A stretch of 64,000 bases of DNA from Euprymna scolopes (taxonomy: Eukaryota). How positions within the stretch are numbered: position 1 is the first letter of the stretch; each line of letters opens with the position of its first letter. Below the pieces are notes generated by a model. That model made no database searches and had not been told where the DNA came from. It saw only the letters and a list, made by a program, of their open reading frames with translations. Below, piece after piece: positions 12,292-23,569 of this stretch. The position numbers and the translations under genes are program-made. The stretch lies in assembly GCA_053919585.1 (NCBI GenBank), contig CM132790.1; one strand, written 5' to 3'.

Positions 12292-12419
12292 CAGTTTTAT
12301 TGACAAAGAGCATGCATAATTGCCGAATAGAGCGTTACCCTTTAATATACCTGTCATTATTCATTTTAACATTGAAGGAACGGCATATAGAACCCCACAT
12401 GAAATTTTACTTTCTATCC

Positions 12420-12478
<59 letters not shown>

Positions 12479-12487
12479 TTAGGCAGA

Positions 12488-12743
12488 NNNNNNNNNNNNN
12501 NNNNNNNNNNNNNNNNNNNNNNNNNNNNNNNNNNNNNNNNNNNNNNNNNNNNNNNNNNNNNNNNNNNNNNNNNNNNNNNNNNNNNNNNNNNNNNNNNNNN
12601 NNNNNNNNNNNNNNNNNNNNNNNNNNNNNNNNNNNNNNNNNNNNNNNNNNNNNNNNNNNNNNNNNNNNNNNNNNNNNNNNNNNNNNNNNNNNNNNNNNNN
12701 NNNNNNNNNNNNNNNNNNNNNNNNNNNNNNNNNNNNNNNNNNN
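12488..12743. other. Assembly gap (N run)
   Basis: Run of N. Confidence 1.
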
Positions 12744-13835
12744 NTAATAACATGATTTCAAACGTGTAATTTTATCGTAGGTGATACCATGCTCAACTAC
12801 ATATAGATACAAAAAAAATAAATTATTAAAATATAAGTTGGATCTTCTTAAATTTTAATCTCAACTCATTTCTACTTTAACATATATATACTGTTTTGTT
12901 TAATAATATTTCTGTGGCACTAGTGTGTAAATAGAAACAAATTCCTGTAAAAATGTTTACACTTATTAGTAGGAAATATGTTCCTTTGTCACAAAGAAAA
13001 CATCTAATCGTTTCAAATATAAATAAAAGATGGTGGTGCTCACCATCTTTGACACAAATACGCGGTACAGATAATCTACTTTAAATGAACACATTGATGT
13101 AGAAAATGATGCAAGAAAAGTAATCTACGTGTGGATCACTCATAACGTCTCTGCTCTTAAAACTTTCTTTACATAACATTATGTGGTGTGAAATTAGACA
13201 CCTTTCATATTACCCGCATAAAAGAATAAAAGTAAAAAAAAAATCCATAGAAATATTTTCTGAATCATTTTCTGTATTAATATATATATTAATATTAATA
13301 TATATCATTTTCTGTATTAATATTATATATTAATATTAATATATATCATGTTTCATCTATTTTGTAGATAAAACATGTCTGTCTTGTGAAAATTAATTAA
13401 GAGATGAATGGTGATATTTCCATTATTTACCGATTCAATAAAGTTTAGATTACTCAGTTTTCAATGTTTTCTTCCGAACGAAAATAATATCAATATAGTC
13501 AATGAACCGTTAAAAGGGATGAGTTTTTCAACGAAATAACTATTACCAGATGCAGATGTTACTATATTATTTTTTTGTATGAATATGAAACGAATCAGTG
13601 GGTTCATATCTAACATTAAATGATTAAATTTAATTGTTTTAACAGTAAAGGTTTATTAAATAAAAACAAATTTTAGAAAACATTATTATTTCTGTAAAAT
13701 ATAACTTGTTGATTAATAAATCATGTTAGTTTTACTTATTTTATGATCATAGAATATGGAGGCTGGATCATCAATATCGTCGTGTCTTTAACAGCTGAGA
13801 AGCGATTCTGAGAAACAAAGAGAAAACTACCGGTA

Positions 13836-14600
13836 ACTCACCTTGAATTCCTTTGGCGTGAGTGAATTAAACCGAAATATGATTAGATAAATCAGACGCT
13901 ATTTCTTATAAAAGAAAATATAGGGTTTTCTCAAATGTTTCATCTAGAATAAAGTATACACTACAGTGCACGTATGTGTTTGACGTTGAATGTCTCGAAC
14001 TTTTCTTACTGTAACATAGCGCATAAGGCGCGCGGATAGGACAATTAGCAGCAGATGTAGAATAGCTGACTAGCGAAAATATTAACAGCAGCTGTCTTAG
14101 CACATATGTAAATTAAACAAGTGTGCATGCGCTGACGTCACTGGTCACTGTTCACTGGAAAGTGTAGAAAAAGGCAGAAAAGGCAGAAAAGGACAGGACG
14201 TAGTCGATCTAAAGAAACGATCGGGCGTGTTTTGATTCTTTGTCGGCGAGAGCGAGAGAGAGAAAGAGAGAGAGAGAGAGCAAGAATGTGTCGTGTGGTC
14301 GAAAAACGGAAAGGCAAGCGACGAACAAGACACATGCGTAAAAAACATTTCGACAAGCATGTTCGACGCGGGAGTGATATTTTGAAACAGTGCATTTCGT
14401 TGTCAGAAATTACTGGAATAAATACTTTTTGTATTCACCTAGTGAAAATGCTGCGTCGTATTTTTTATGTCCGTACTTGTTTGTTTGTTCCGACAACGGT
14501 ATCAGACAACGTGTGGGTCCGAGTGGTTGAAATGCAACGACACGTTTAAAGTGTAATGGCTACATTGCATAACTACAAGGGCAGAGTTCTCGCAGATATT
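13836..14600 (-). promoter_or_regulatory. CpG-rich unique region: candidate host promoter and non-coding exon (13842-14154)
   Basis: Consensus donor AAG|GTGAGT at 13842/13841 (minus); pyrimidine tract plus CAG at 14155-14195; perfect CRE TGACGTCA at 14133-14140; NRF1-like GTGCATGCGC at 14123-14132; (GA)n tract at about 14248-14280; locally high CpG density. Confidence 0.4.
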
Positions 14601-16521
14601 TTTCATCTAAAATGAAGTATACATCACAGCTCATGTAGGTTTCGTAACAACCGATATCGCACATATTTTACTACTATTTTTTGTTAAAATAAGTTAAAAT
14701 CTACTTTTGCTATAAGTATAATTACATGTAATTCAAGGAAAGTATAGCATCTACTTAATATCATATTGCTAATCTTTTATATTTTGTATCGTTATGTTGC
14801 GTATTAAGAGAGATAACATAGATCGTTATATGAGACTATTTAATAATACAACACACTACAAGATATATATTTTTAGTCGGATTTGAATTAAAATAAAATG
14901 GATTCAAGTGTCACTTTTACAACGACATTTCTGAGAACCGGTTTGGAGTTAGATTTTTTATAATCGGATTAACTAACGAAAATAAAAACGGATGCATATA
15001 AATCTTATGGAAAAAATATAGGTACAAACATTAGCAGCGCGCCGTAACAGATATTAAAAAAAAAGAAGTGAAGAGCAGCCATTTTACACACAGATTCTTT
15101 CGCTGACAATTTAGAAATTACTTTTATTTGTATCAGTTTTATTGCAATGGTTTTTATTATCAACGTTAATATTTAACCTTTGTAGTATTTCAATCGAAAT
15201 ACACTAAAACATTTGTAAGCTGTATGTGTTCATTAACGTGGTGTGATTTTTTTTGTTCATGCAAGCACAATGGTAAATAGTAATTCATTTGAAACTGTTT
15301 ATTTGGAAAGTTATTTATAAGGTAAATATAACTCACATATAAGAAAAATACAACATTTCTATAAAGTTCAGTATGGACGAAGATTTTCAGCTTTATATTG
15401 AGAACTAGCAAAAATACCTGCACTTTGAATGGTTGAGTGGAGAACATACCTCTGCACTCAATTCATTAGATCTCCATTTTAGTTCTTATTTTCTCTTAAT
15501 TATATGTCTTGGGCTGACGGAAAAGGATTTACTAAGAATAAAGAAGGCAAGTGCATTGATATATATTCCAACACTTTTACATATTGTTTCTCTTTTTCCA
15601 ACCCTGTCTCTATTTTTATCTCCCTTCCCATCTTCTCTCTACTTTTGCTGATTTCCTTTTTTTTCTATCTTTCTTTTAGTGACGTCGTTTGGCTCATAAT
15701 AATGCTTCATCAATCAACCCCCCCCCTTTACTGCAAGCGTCATTTGCTACGTCATCCAGCATAAGTGATAACTTCTTGTGACACTGTATACTATGTATGG
15801 ATAAACACAACTTAGCAGGCAAAACGAAAGCAAGAAAACGAAATTACAAGATCAATAAAGTTTTCGAATCTGTTATTATCATATTTCATAATTATTTGGA
15901 TCATTGTTATTAGAATTATTACGATAGGTTTGTATGGATGTGGACCTACGGGTTAAATTATCCGTGTCCCTCCTAAAATAGGTCTGTTCTCTTGAGATGC
16001 CACCATTAATGGGGTTAGCGATTTACTACCATTAACAGTTTCCGTCTATTTCCAACCAACACACAGGTTAAGTGGCGTTGTGCCAAACGTACGCAATCAT
16101 TCTAATTACATTAACATATGAAAACAATTATCTCGATGAAATTAGATAAAATATCTTCAATAGCTTAGTAGTATTTATCACAGCTTACTCTAGGGATTTA
16201 TCCTTTATATAAGACGATTCGACAATGCGTCCTATATCATGCGAACATTCTTGATTTTATGTTGTAAATACATCCTTTAAATATAAAATAAAAAATAAAA
16301 ATGTAACGTGATTCACATTTTGTAGGAGAGTACGTTGCAAGGAACATAGGACAAGTAATAACTTGACTCGTTCTTTCTTTAATAACATCATTTATTTCAG
16401 AGTACTTTCTCGAATAAAATGTGATTTCGAGCGTACCCGTCTTCTCTGACGCTTGTCCTCTTGGACGTCATCAATGTCCTGATCGCTGTTTCGAAGATGA
16501 TATCAGAGTGGTCTCGAACGT

Positions 16522-16571
<50 letters not shown>

Positions 16572-18001
16572 TCTGTCTCTATTTTCAAAGATTTTTTTTT
16601 CCTTACCGTAAAGTCATTTTGATCACGGTTCGGTGATAGCATATAGCCACCATGCGCGCTCTGTTACAACCAAAAATTATAATGTTATCTTTTGCTGAAA
16701 TGCAGAAAACTTATTAAATTTTCATTCAAGCATAGTATTTCGATATTATGACAACAATTTGAGAATGAATTAATTCATTTATCTATATTTCACGTAAAAT
16801 AACAACAAAATAATAAAAAGTTGGATTGATGGTAAAAATAATAATATTTCATTTTAATTGTAGAAAAATATGTTTCATAAAGTGAAAATAAAACGGAGGC
16901 TGAGAAAGTGTTCGTAGGCAAATATGTATTGGGAATAGGTACAGCATAAAAATAAAGGCAATAACAGTTAACTTGAATAGAATAAAGTAAATAAACAAAA
17001 GCGCAAACATCAAAATCATAACTGAGTATTCTCGATAAAAAAATGCTGATCAGAATTAATTTTATTCTTTGAAATACAAAACGGACCAATGTAAAGTTCT
17101 GTTCGAACAGAAAAATCGCTATGGTGATTAAAAAATGTGTCAGCTACGGTAATCATGACTGCACATCTTCTGGAATCGTTAGTTTTTTTATCATTATTAG
17201 TTAACAAGAAAACTTAACAATCAGTCAGAAAACTTAACAACCAGTCTCTAGAAAATACACAGGAATACGTTCGAATGTTAAATCGACTGAAACGTCGTGC
17301 ATATAGTCATGGAAATCAGCGCGCGAAATTGCTGCTCTGCTGTGTAGGACAGGGCTATTATAAACCGCTCGAGTCGACATAGTCCAATCCAATCGATGCA
17401 TTCAGCCTAGATATACATTGCACAGTAACTCTTAAAAATTATATTGACTTGATTGTGCGCCGTGATTGAAGAAGTTACAAACATAATTATCGACCTAACA
17501 TTTTACCTCAAATCTGTATTCGTGATTCTGCGATGTGATTGGCAGGTCAATTTCTGCCCTTGTTAGCCCTTAATGCAGCTGTGCTTCTCTTTCTTTCACC
17601 GGAATCTGATTGTAAATGTAATGATAGATAGGATAACAAAACGCAAGTAAAAAAAATATTGATATTTATTTTACCTGTAACTTCCTGTTTCGAAACAATG
17701 CTTTCATTTATGAAATTAATTACGTTAGTTAATTTAGACACACTTGATTTATATATAGGAAGTATGCATGCTATTAAATGAAAAAAATAGATTCCTCAGT
17801 TTTGACAGGGTATGGATACTCACTGTAAAATGCGTATGCGTGAAAGTCTTGTGACAAGAGTTGCGCAATTCCAACCACACTTCTCCTGAGTCGGTGTTAT
17901 TAAATACCAGTGGCAAGTAGAGGCTTAGGATGGTTGCAAAAATTTTCTAGATAAGTAGAGATCACATACAGCGCCTAGAATTGCCAAATAGTCACCCATT
18001 A

Positions 18002-18326
18002 TTTCAATGTAATTATGACGTATATATACACATACACACATATTCTTGTTTCAATGTAATTATGACGTATATATACACATACACACATATATTCTTGTTT
18101 CAATGTAATTATGACGTATATATACACATACACACATATATTCTTGTTTCAATGTAATTATGACGTATATATACACATACACACATATATTCTTGTTTCA
18201 ATGTAATTATGACGCATATATACACATACACACATATATTTTTGTTTAAATGTAATTATGACGTATATATACACATACACACATATATTCTTGTTTCAAT
18301 GTAATTATGACGTATATATACACATG
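18002..18326. repeat. Minisatellite, 49-bp unit, about 6.5 copies
   Basis: Unit TTTCAATGTAATTATGACGTATATATACACATACACACATATATTCTTG; copies nearly identical. Confidence 0.95.
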
Positions 18327-18586
18327 CATTCTTTTGATCCATGCCTTTGTACAGTTTATGAACTTTTCATATAAATATGACTTTTCTCATCAGTTTTCGG
18401 TACATGTGCTAACCATCAATATTTATAGACTGCCTATAATATCATTTTGTTAACAATGTTGACTCTGAGGATATAAGACAATCATTGAAACTCCATGGAA
18501 TAAGAATTTTATTTTGAATTTATATATGTATTCCCTATCGAAAAATAACTTTTTAATTTAAATTTTGCGGAGATTTAATCCGATTT

Positions 18587-18672
<86 letters not shown>

Positions 18673-18769
18673 GTTATTCTTAATAATAAAATGACGGGGA
18701 TCCGTGGGACTAAAGTATAGTCATGTAAGTGTCACGTCTATTATTAGTAAAATATTTTTGAATCTTTAG

Positions 18770-19070
18770 GCTTCTTGTTTGGTGTTCATTATAGTATTTT
18801 TTTTTTTTTTTCAACAGCTGATCTAGCTGAGTCGATCTCTTGGTTTATGTATAATTCAGTAGATGACAGGTCGATTATTCTTTGGATTTGCAAGGCCTTT
18901 TAGGAGTATATTATTTTGCACTTCTACATAAAATCATGTCATTTATATCAGTGGCAAAATTCGTTGCATTATTAGGTTGTGTCTTTCTTATCACAAACTT
19001 GTGTGTAGGGAGCGTTTCTCTTCAAACTCTTCCCCAGTCAATTCGGATTATCACTATGGGGTTTATTTTA
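18770..19070 (-). mobile_element. Highly decayed LINE (I/Nimb-like) fragment
   Basis: Minus-strand remnants IDWG, FATDINDMIL, YTPKRP, NRPVIY and QEIDSAR resemble the endonuclease-RT linker. Confidence 0.3.
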
Positions 19071-19071
19071 C

Positions 19072-20706
19072 TTTCAACATTGTTTCAAAACTGGGAACAC
19101 AATTTTAGTCATATTGATGGTGAAATAGTTTATACCGTTTCTAGATCAATAAAATAGCTTAACAAAAAATTGGCAATATGAATTAAAAAATAGTCATTAA
19201 AAATTGGGATTAATTGATACTGGTTTTAGATCAGTAACACTTGAAAAATCCCAGCTTTTTAAATATTACTCTTTTTCTAAACGATTAAATGCCAAATAAC
19301 AAGGGGAACCCCCATTTTCATTGAAGTAAAACGTACATGGAGCTAAAGATTAGATTTATTATTAGAATACTTATTAATGGGATATGTATTATTATTAGAT
19401 TAATATTGAAGAACTTAATTCCTGAATTATTATTTTGTATTAAAGCCACGCAAAACCCCAGAACATTATGATTGGATGGCAAAATGAGGTTAAATCTATG
19501 GTAATAAAATTAGTATCATGGTTAAGATATGCTTTACAAACTTATATTTTGAATAGGTCAGCCTACTGTTAATTGGATTTGTTTAATTAATAAATAAATC
19601 ATAAATACATATTAGGAATTTACCAAAATAGAAACATCGAACGACCTTAGTTACTTCCCTTTCATCGTTATGAATACTTATTACGATTTTGGTAACTTAT
19701 AATTTCAAACAAACCATTAAAATTTCTAACTTACGGAGTTATCCCCCTTTCTACATCTAAAATATCCGACAATTGTAAAGAAAACGAAAGAATACTTATT
19801 ACGATTTTGGTAACTTATAATTTCAAACAAACCATTAAAATTTCTAACTTACGGAGTTATCCCCCTTTCTACATCTAAAATATGCGACAATTGTAAAGAA
19901 AACGAAAGAAAACGAAAGAAAATAAAAATAAAAATAGTTGAGATCCTTAATTTTAAATGAAGAATGAGAATGAATTAAGTATAAAATATTTCCTTATTGA
20001 ATAAGTTTTAAACAAAATCTTTTCTTTAATCTCATATAGGTTAGCCGTTATTTTTGTAAATAAACAAAGCAAATTCCTGATACAGAACTAATAAAGAATC
20101 GTAACTAATCGATGATTAGTCCGGATTAAAATAATAAAAAGTTAAATTAAATAAAGAAATAAACCAATTTAATTTTATAAAAAATCAATAAATAGTATTA
20201 ATAAAATATATTTAATGGACATATGTAATTAGTGGTAACATCGTATGATATTTAGTTTGATTTTTTTAAACTAGAGATACGAAAATAGGTAAATTTATAA
20301 ATCTTTATAAAAATACTTTGCAAGGATGCGACAGAGGTAAAATAGTTTCGCTTGTTTTCTTTTCCTTATAAAGGAATGGTTTCCATAATGTTTTATTGTT
20401 AAAGTGTTTTTATTCAATAAGTCTGAAGAAAGACTGTTATTGTGAAAATTTTCAAACGACAAAATGTTTGGATTTGTTCGAATGGTCATGAAACAATTGT
20501 AACTAACAATGGAACACACTATTTGTTGCTATCAACCCATTCTTTGATGTCTTGGTTTTTGTTAAAACGGTGGATGAATGCTCAATTCATGAAATATGAT
20601 AATTTTTTAGCTTATAGTTTAAGTCATCCCTTTTGTCTTAAAATTTATTCGCAATGAACGATTACTGAATTATATAAACCCAGTAAAATTCGGAATACTT
20701 CAAATA

Positions 20707-20710
<4 letters not shown>
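19072..20710 (+). repeat. Unclassified dispersed repeat, copy 2 (TAR=Gln-like coding signature), with an internal 118-bp tandem duplication (19672-19907)
   Basis: Aligns to 6335-7753; gap-free over 19499-19678 vs 6691-6870; extends to the (TA)n at 20711. Confidence 0.8.
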
Positions 20711-20782
<72 letters not shown>

Positions 20783-20785
<3 letters not shown>

Positions 20786-21355
20786 AATGGTAACCCCCTA
20801 AATGCACTCTTTTGCCATTGTGCAGAACACGATCACTCATTTAATTTAGATCATGCGAAAATTATAAAATACGTGATAGATAGAGCTAAAAGAAGACTTT
20901 TAGAATCAGCACTAATATTAAATACTAATACTATTACGCAAAGAAAGGGCGTCTACGATTTAGCCCCTAGCATAGGGAAAATAATAATCAAAGAACAAAA
21001 TATCAAAACAGATCCTGGTTAACCGTTTTTCCTTAAATATTTAAACAAAACGAATACATTTAGAGAAAAAAAATTAAAAAGTGTACATATTTATTTAACG
21101 CATTTTGTAAAAGTGTATATATAAACATTGAACAACCCAACCTTCCCATATGCACACATATGTTTGTCCTTTCCGACATGGGTAGGATTCAAAAACTATT
21201 CTCTTTTTCGTATGGTCTATGATTTTTTCTTTTCTTGCATTTTTACTTCAATATCCTAGAGATGTCCTCTGAAATAGGGACGAAACGTTGATTATTTTAA
21301 TAATTTCATTCCGGTTTTCTATTTTTCTCAAAAAATAACGTCAACCACACTGGTA
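20783..21355 (+). mobile_element. 3' end (pseudo-LTR) of a Penelope/Poseidon-type element
   Basis: Frame NALFCHCAEHDHSFNLDHAKII...KRRLLESALI..., ending at TAA about 21022, is a typical PLE GIY-YIG C-terminus; the UTR contains a hammerhead-like motif. Confidence 0.82.
21250..21297 (+). ncRNA. Degenerate minimal type I hammerhead ribozyme in the PLE pseudo-LTR
   Basis: ATC-CTAGAGA-T-GTCC(TCTGAAATAG)GGAC-GAAACGTT-GAT: helix II GTCC/GGAC, GAAA box and palindromic AACGTT helix III; the CTGANGA core is altered to CTAGAGA. Confidence 0.55.
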
Positions 21356-21385
21356 TTTTTATTTTTATTTTATATATATATATAT

Positions 21386-23543
21386 TTTTTTTTACACAGT
21401 GATCACCACTTATCAAGGCCCGGAAGCCACTCAGGGATAAGGGTTATTGCAAGTACATTACGTTAGTGTGGAGATTTGATGAAGTGTTTACTTAAGGGGG
21501 CGGTTCATTAGGAATTTGTTACCGTTGGACTTGAAGACATCCCAGTTGTAGTCCGGTGGAAAACAGACAGAGGGAACAGAGTTCCACAGGCGTGGCGTTC
21601 TAAGAAAGAAGCTTTGTTTATGGAATCTGCGTTTTGATTTAGGCACAGATATAGAGTGGGGGAAATTTTCACAGTGGATTCAGCTAGACGGGTGTTTTTC
21701 GTGAAAGATTGGCGAGGAGGGACCAGAGATTGGAGTTCAGACGAGCACCTGCCATGGAAATAACGATAAAGCAAGGATAGGCTCGCAACGTCTCTTCTGT
21801 GGGAGAGAGGTTGCAGGGTAAAGAAAAGGGCATCCCCCACTAAGCCATGAAGTCTATTTTGTACTCTGTCAAGGCAGGATAGGCTGTTTTTAGCAGCTCC
21901 TGCCCAGATATGGCAACAGTATTCCATCCTTGGACGTACTTGGCTTTTATATAGATAGAGAATTGCATCAGTAGTGAGATATCTTCTGGAGCGGTAGAAG
22001 GATCCCACCATCTTTCCAGCGACCTTGGTAACAGACTTGATGTACGTGTTCCATTTCAGATCAGGAGTAAAGGTCAAACCCAGAAGCTTGTCAAAACATG
22101 GGGCCTCACCCAAACGAGAGCCATCCATCACAATTGATGCAAGATGGGGATCAGAGCGTTGATGATGTAAGGATAGAAGTTTGGTTTTGGATGCATTAAA
22201 GGTAACCAGCCACATCTTCCCTCACTGAACCAAGCGCTCGAGATTAGAGGAGAGAGAATCAGAGAGAACTTTGTCATTTACAGCCTTTGATGTGTTGCCG
22301 TAGATAGTCGTGTCATCAGCGTAGATGTCAACGAATGATTTAAGTATGTGTTTAGGGAGGTCATTGATGTAGATCAGGAAGAGAGTTGGGCCCAGGATTG
22401 ACCCCTGAGGGACTCCAGCATTTATATTGCAGGCCTCCGATTTTTGTCCATCTACCACTACTCTTATGAGCCTATCGGATAGAAATGATTTAATGATAGA
22501 GAAAACATTTCCAGTTATACCGTAGCTTGAAATCTTGTGAAGTAGACTCTTATGCCATACCTTGTCGAAGGCCTTTTATATGTCAAGAGCAATTGCCCTA
22601 GAAAGGAAGCCTTTGTCAAGAGATTCACTAATCCTGTGGGATATAACCGTCAGCACATCTGCGGTAGATCTTGCAGAGCGGAAACCATATTGTGTGTCAC
22701 TAAGAAGGTTATTCCTGCTGAGGTGGTTGACTACTTCTCTATTTAATATGGATTCCAGCAACGTACTCATAACACACAGGAGACTTATTGGTCTGTACTG
22801 AGAGGGAGATGACTTATCACCTGAATTCTTAAATACAAGGCAAACTGATGAGGTCTTCCAGGGAGTCGGAAAGCACTTCTCCTTAAGGCAGCGCTTAAAC
22901 AGTTTCGTAAGTATGGGAGCAAGTTCTGGATGAAGCTTTTTTAACACTATAATTGGGATGCCATCAGGGTCAGTTGCTTAACAGGAATCTAGGTTCTTGA
23001 TTAGCTTGGCGACCTCATGCACGGATATTTGTATGTTACCTAGCGTGTTCTATGTTATAGGAGGAAATATGGGGAGTTGATGGCCTTCCTCGCATAGGAT
23101 AGAATTAGCTGCAAAGTTCTTTGCAAATAGTTTGGCCTTGTCTGACGCTAACGAGATGACCTCTAGTCCATTGATTATGGTTGGGATAGAACGCACACTT
23201 CTGTTCAGGATCCTATTTGTTATTTGCCAAAACTGGTGGGAACCAAGCCGGTGATCAGCTACCTTGGATTTAACAGACTGGGCATATAGCTCTCTTGCAT
23301 TTTAATTACTCTTTTACAGTGGTTGCTGGCAGTCCTGAAAGCAGCTTTAGTCTCAGTGCATCCATTACGTTGGTAGCTATTGAAAAAGTGATTTCTGTGC
23401 GCGATAGCAGCAGCACATTCTGGGGAGAACCATGGCTGGCTGTTAGGTTTTTGTTGGAATCTTTTAGATGGTATGAATTGGTCTATGCCTACAATTAACC
23501 ATTCGGTCAGATCTGATACTATAGAGGACACTTCCTTTTTAAA
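21386..23543 (-). mobile_element. 5'-truncated CR1 LINE, copy A
   Basis: ORFs 23259-23546 (PWFSPEC), 22576-22947 (YRPISLL, QYGFR, ALDI), 22222-22458 (GVPQGSILGP, YADD) and 21508-22215; 3' UTR and A-tail at 21386-21393. Confidence 0.96.
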
Positions 23544-23569
23544 CATATATATATATATATATATATATA

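Noticed and set aside
12320-12812. ORFs spanning the N run
   Set aside because: Artefacts of the assembly gap.
18002-18326. CRISPR-like array (also 53388-53528 and 55382-55527)
   Set aside because: Head-to-tail repeats with no unique spacers, eukaryotic context and no cas genes.
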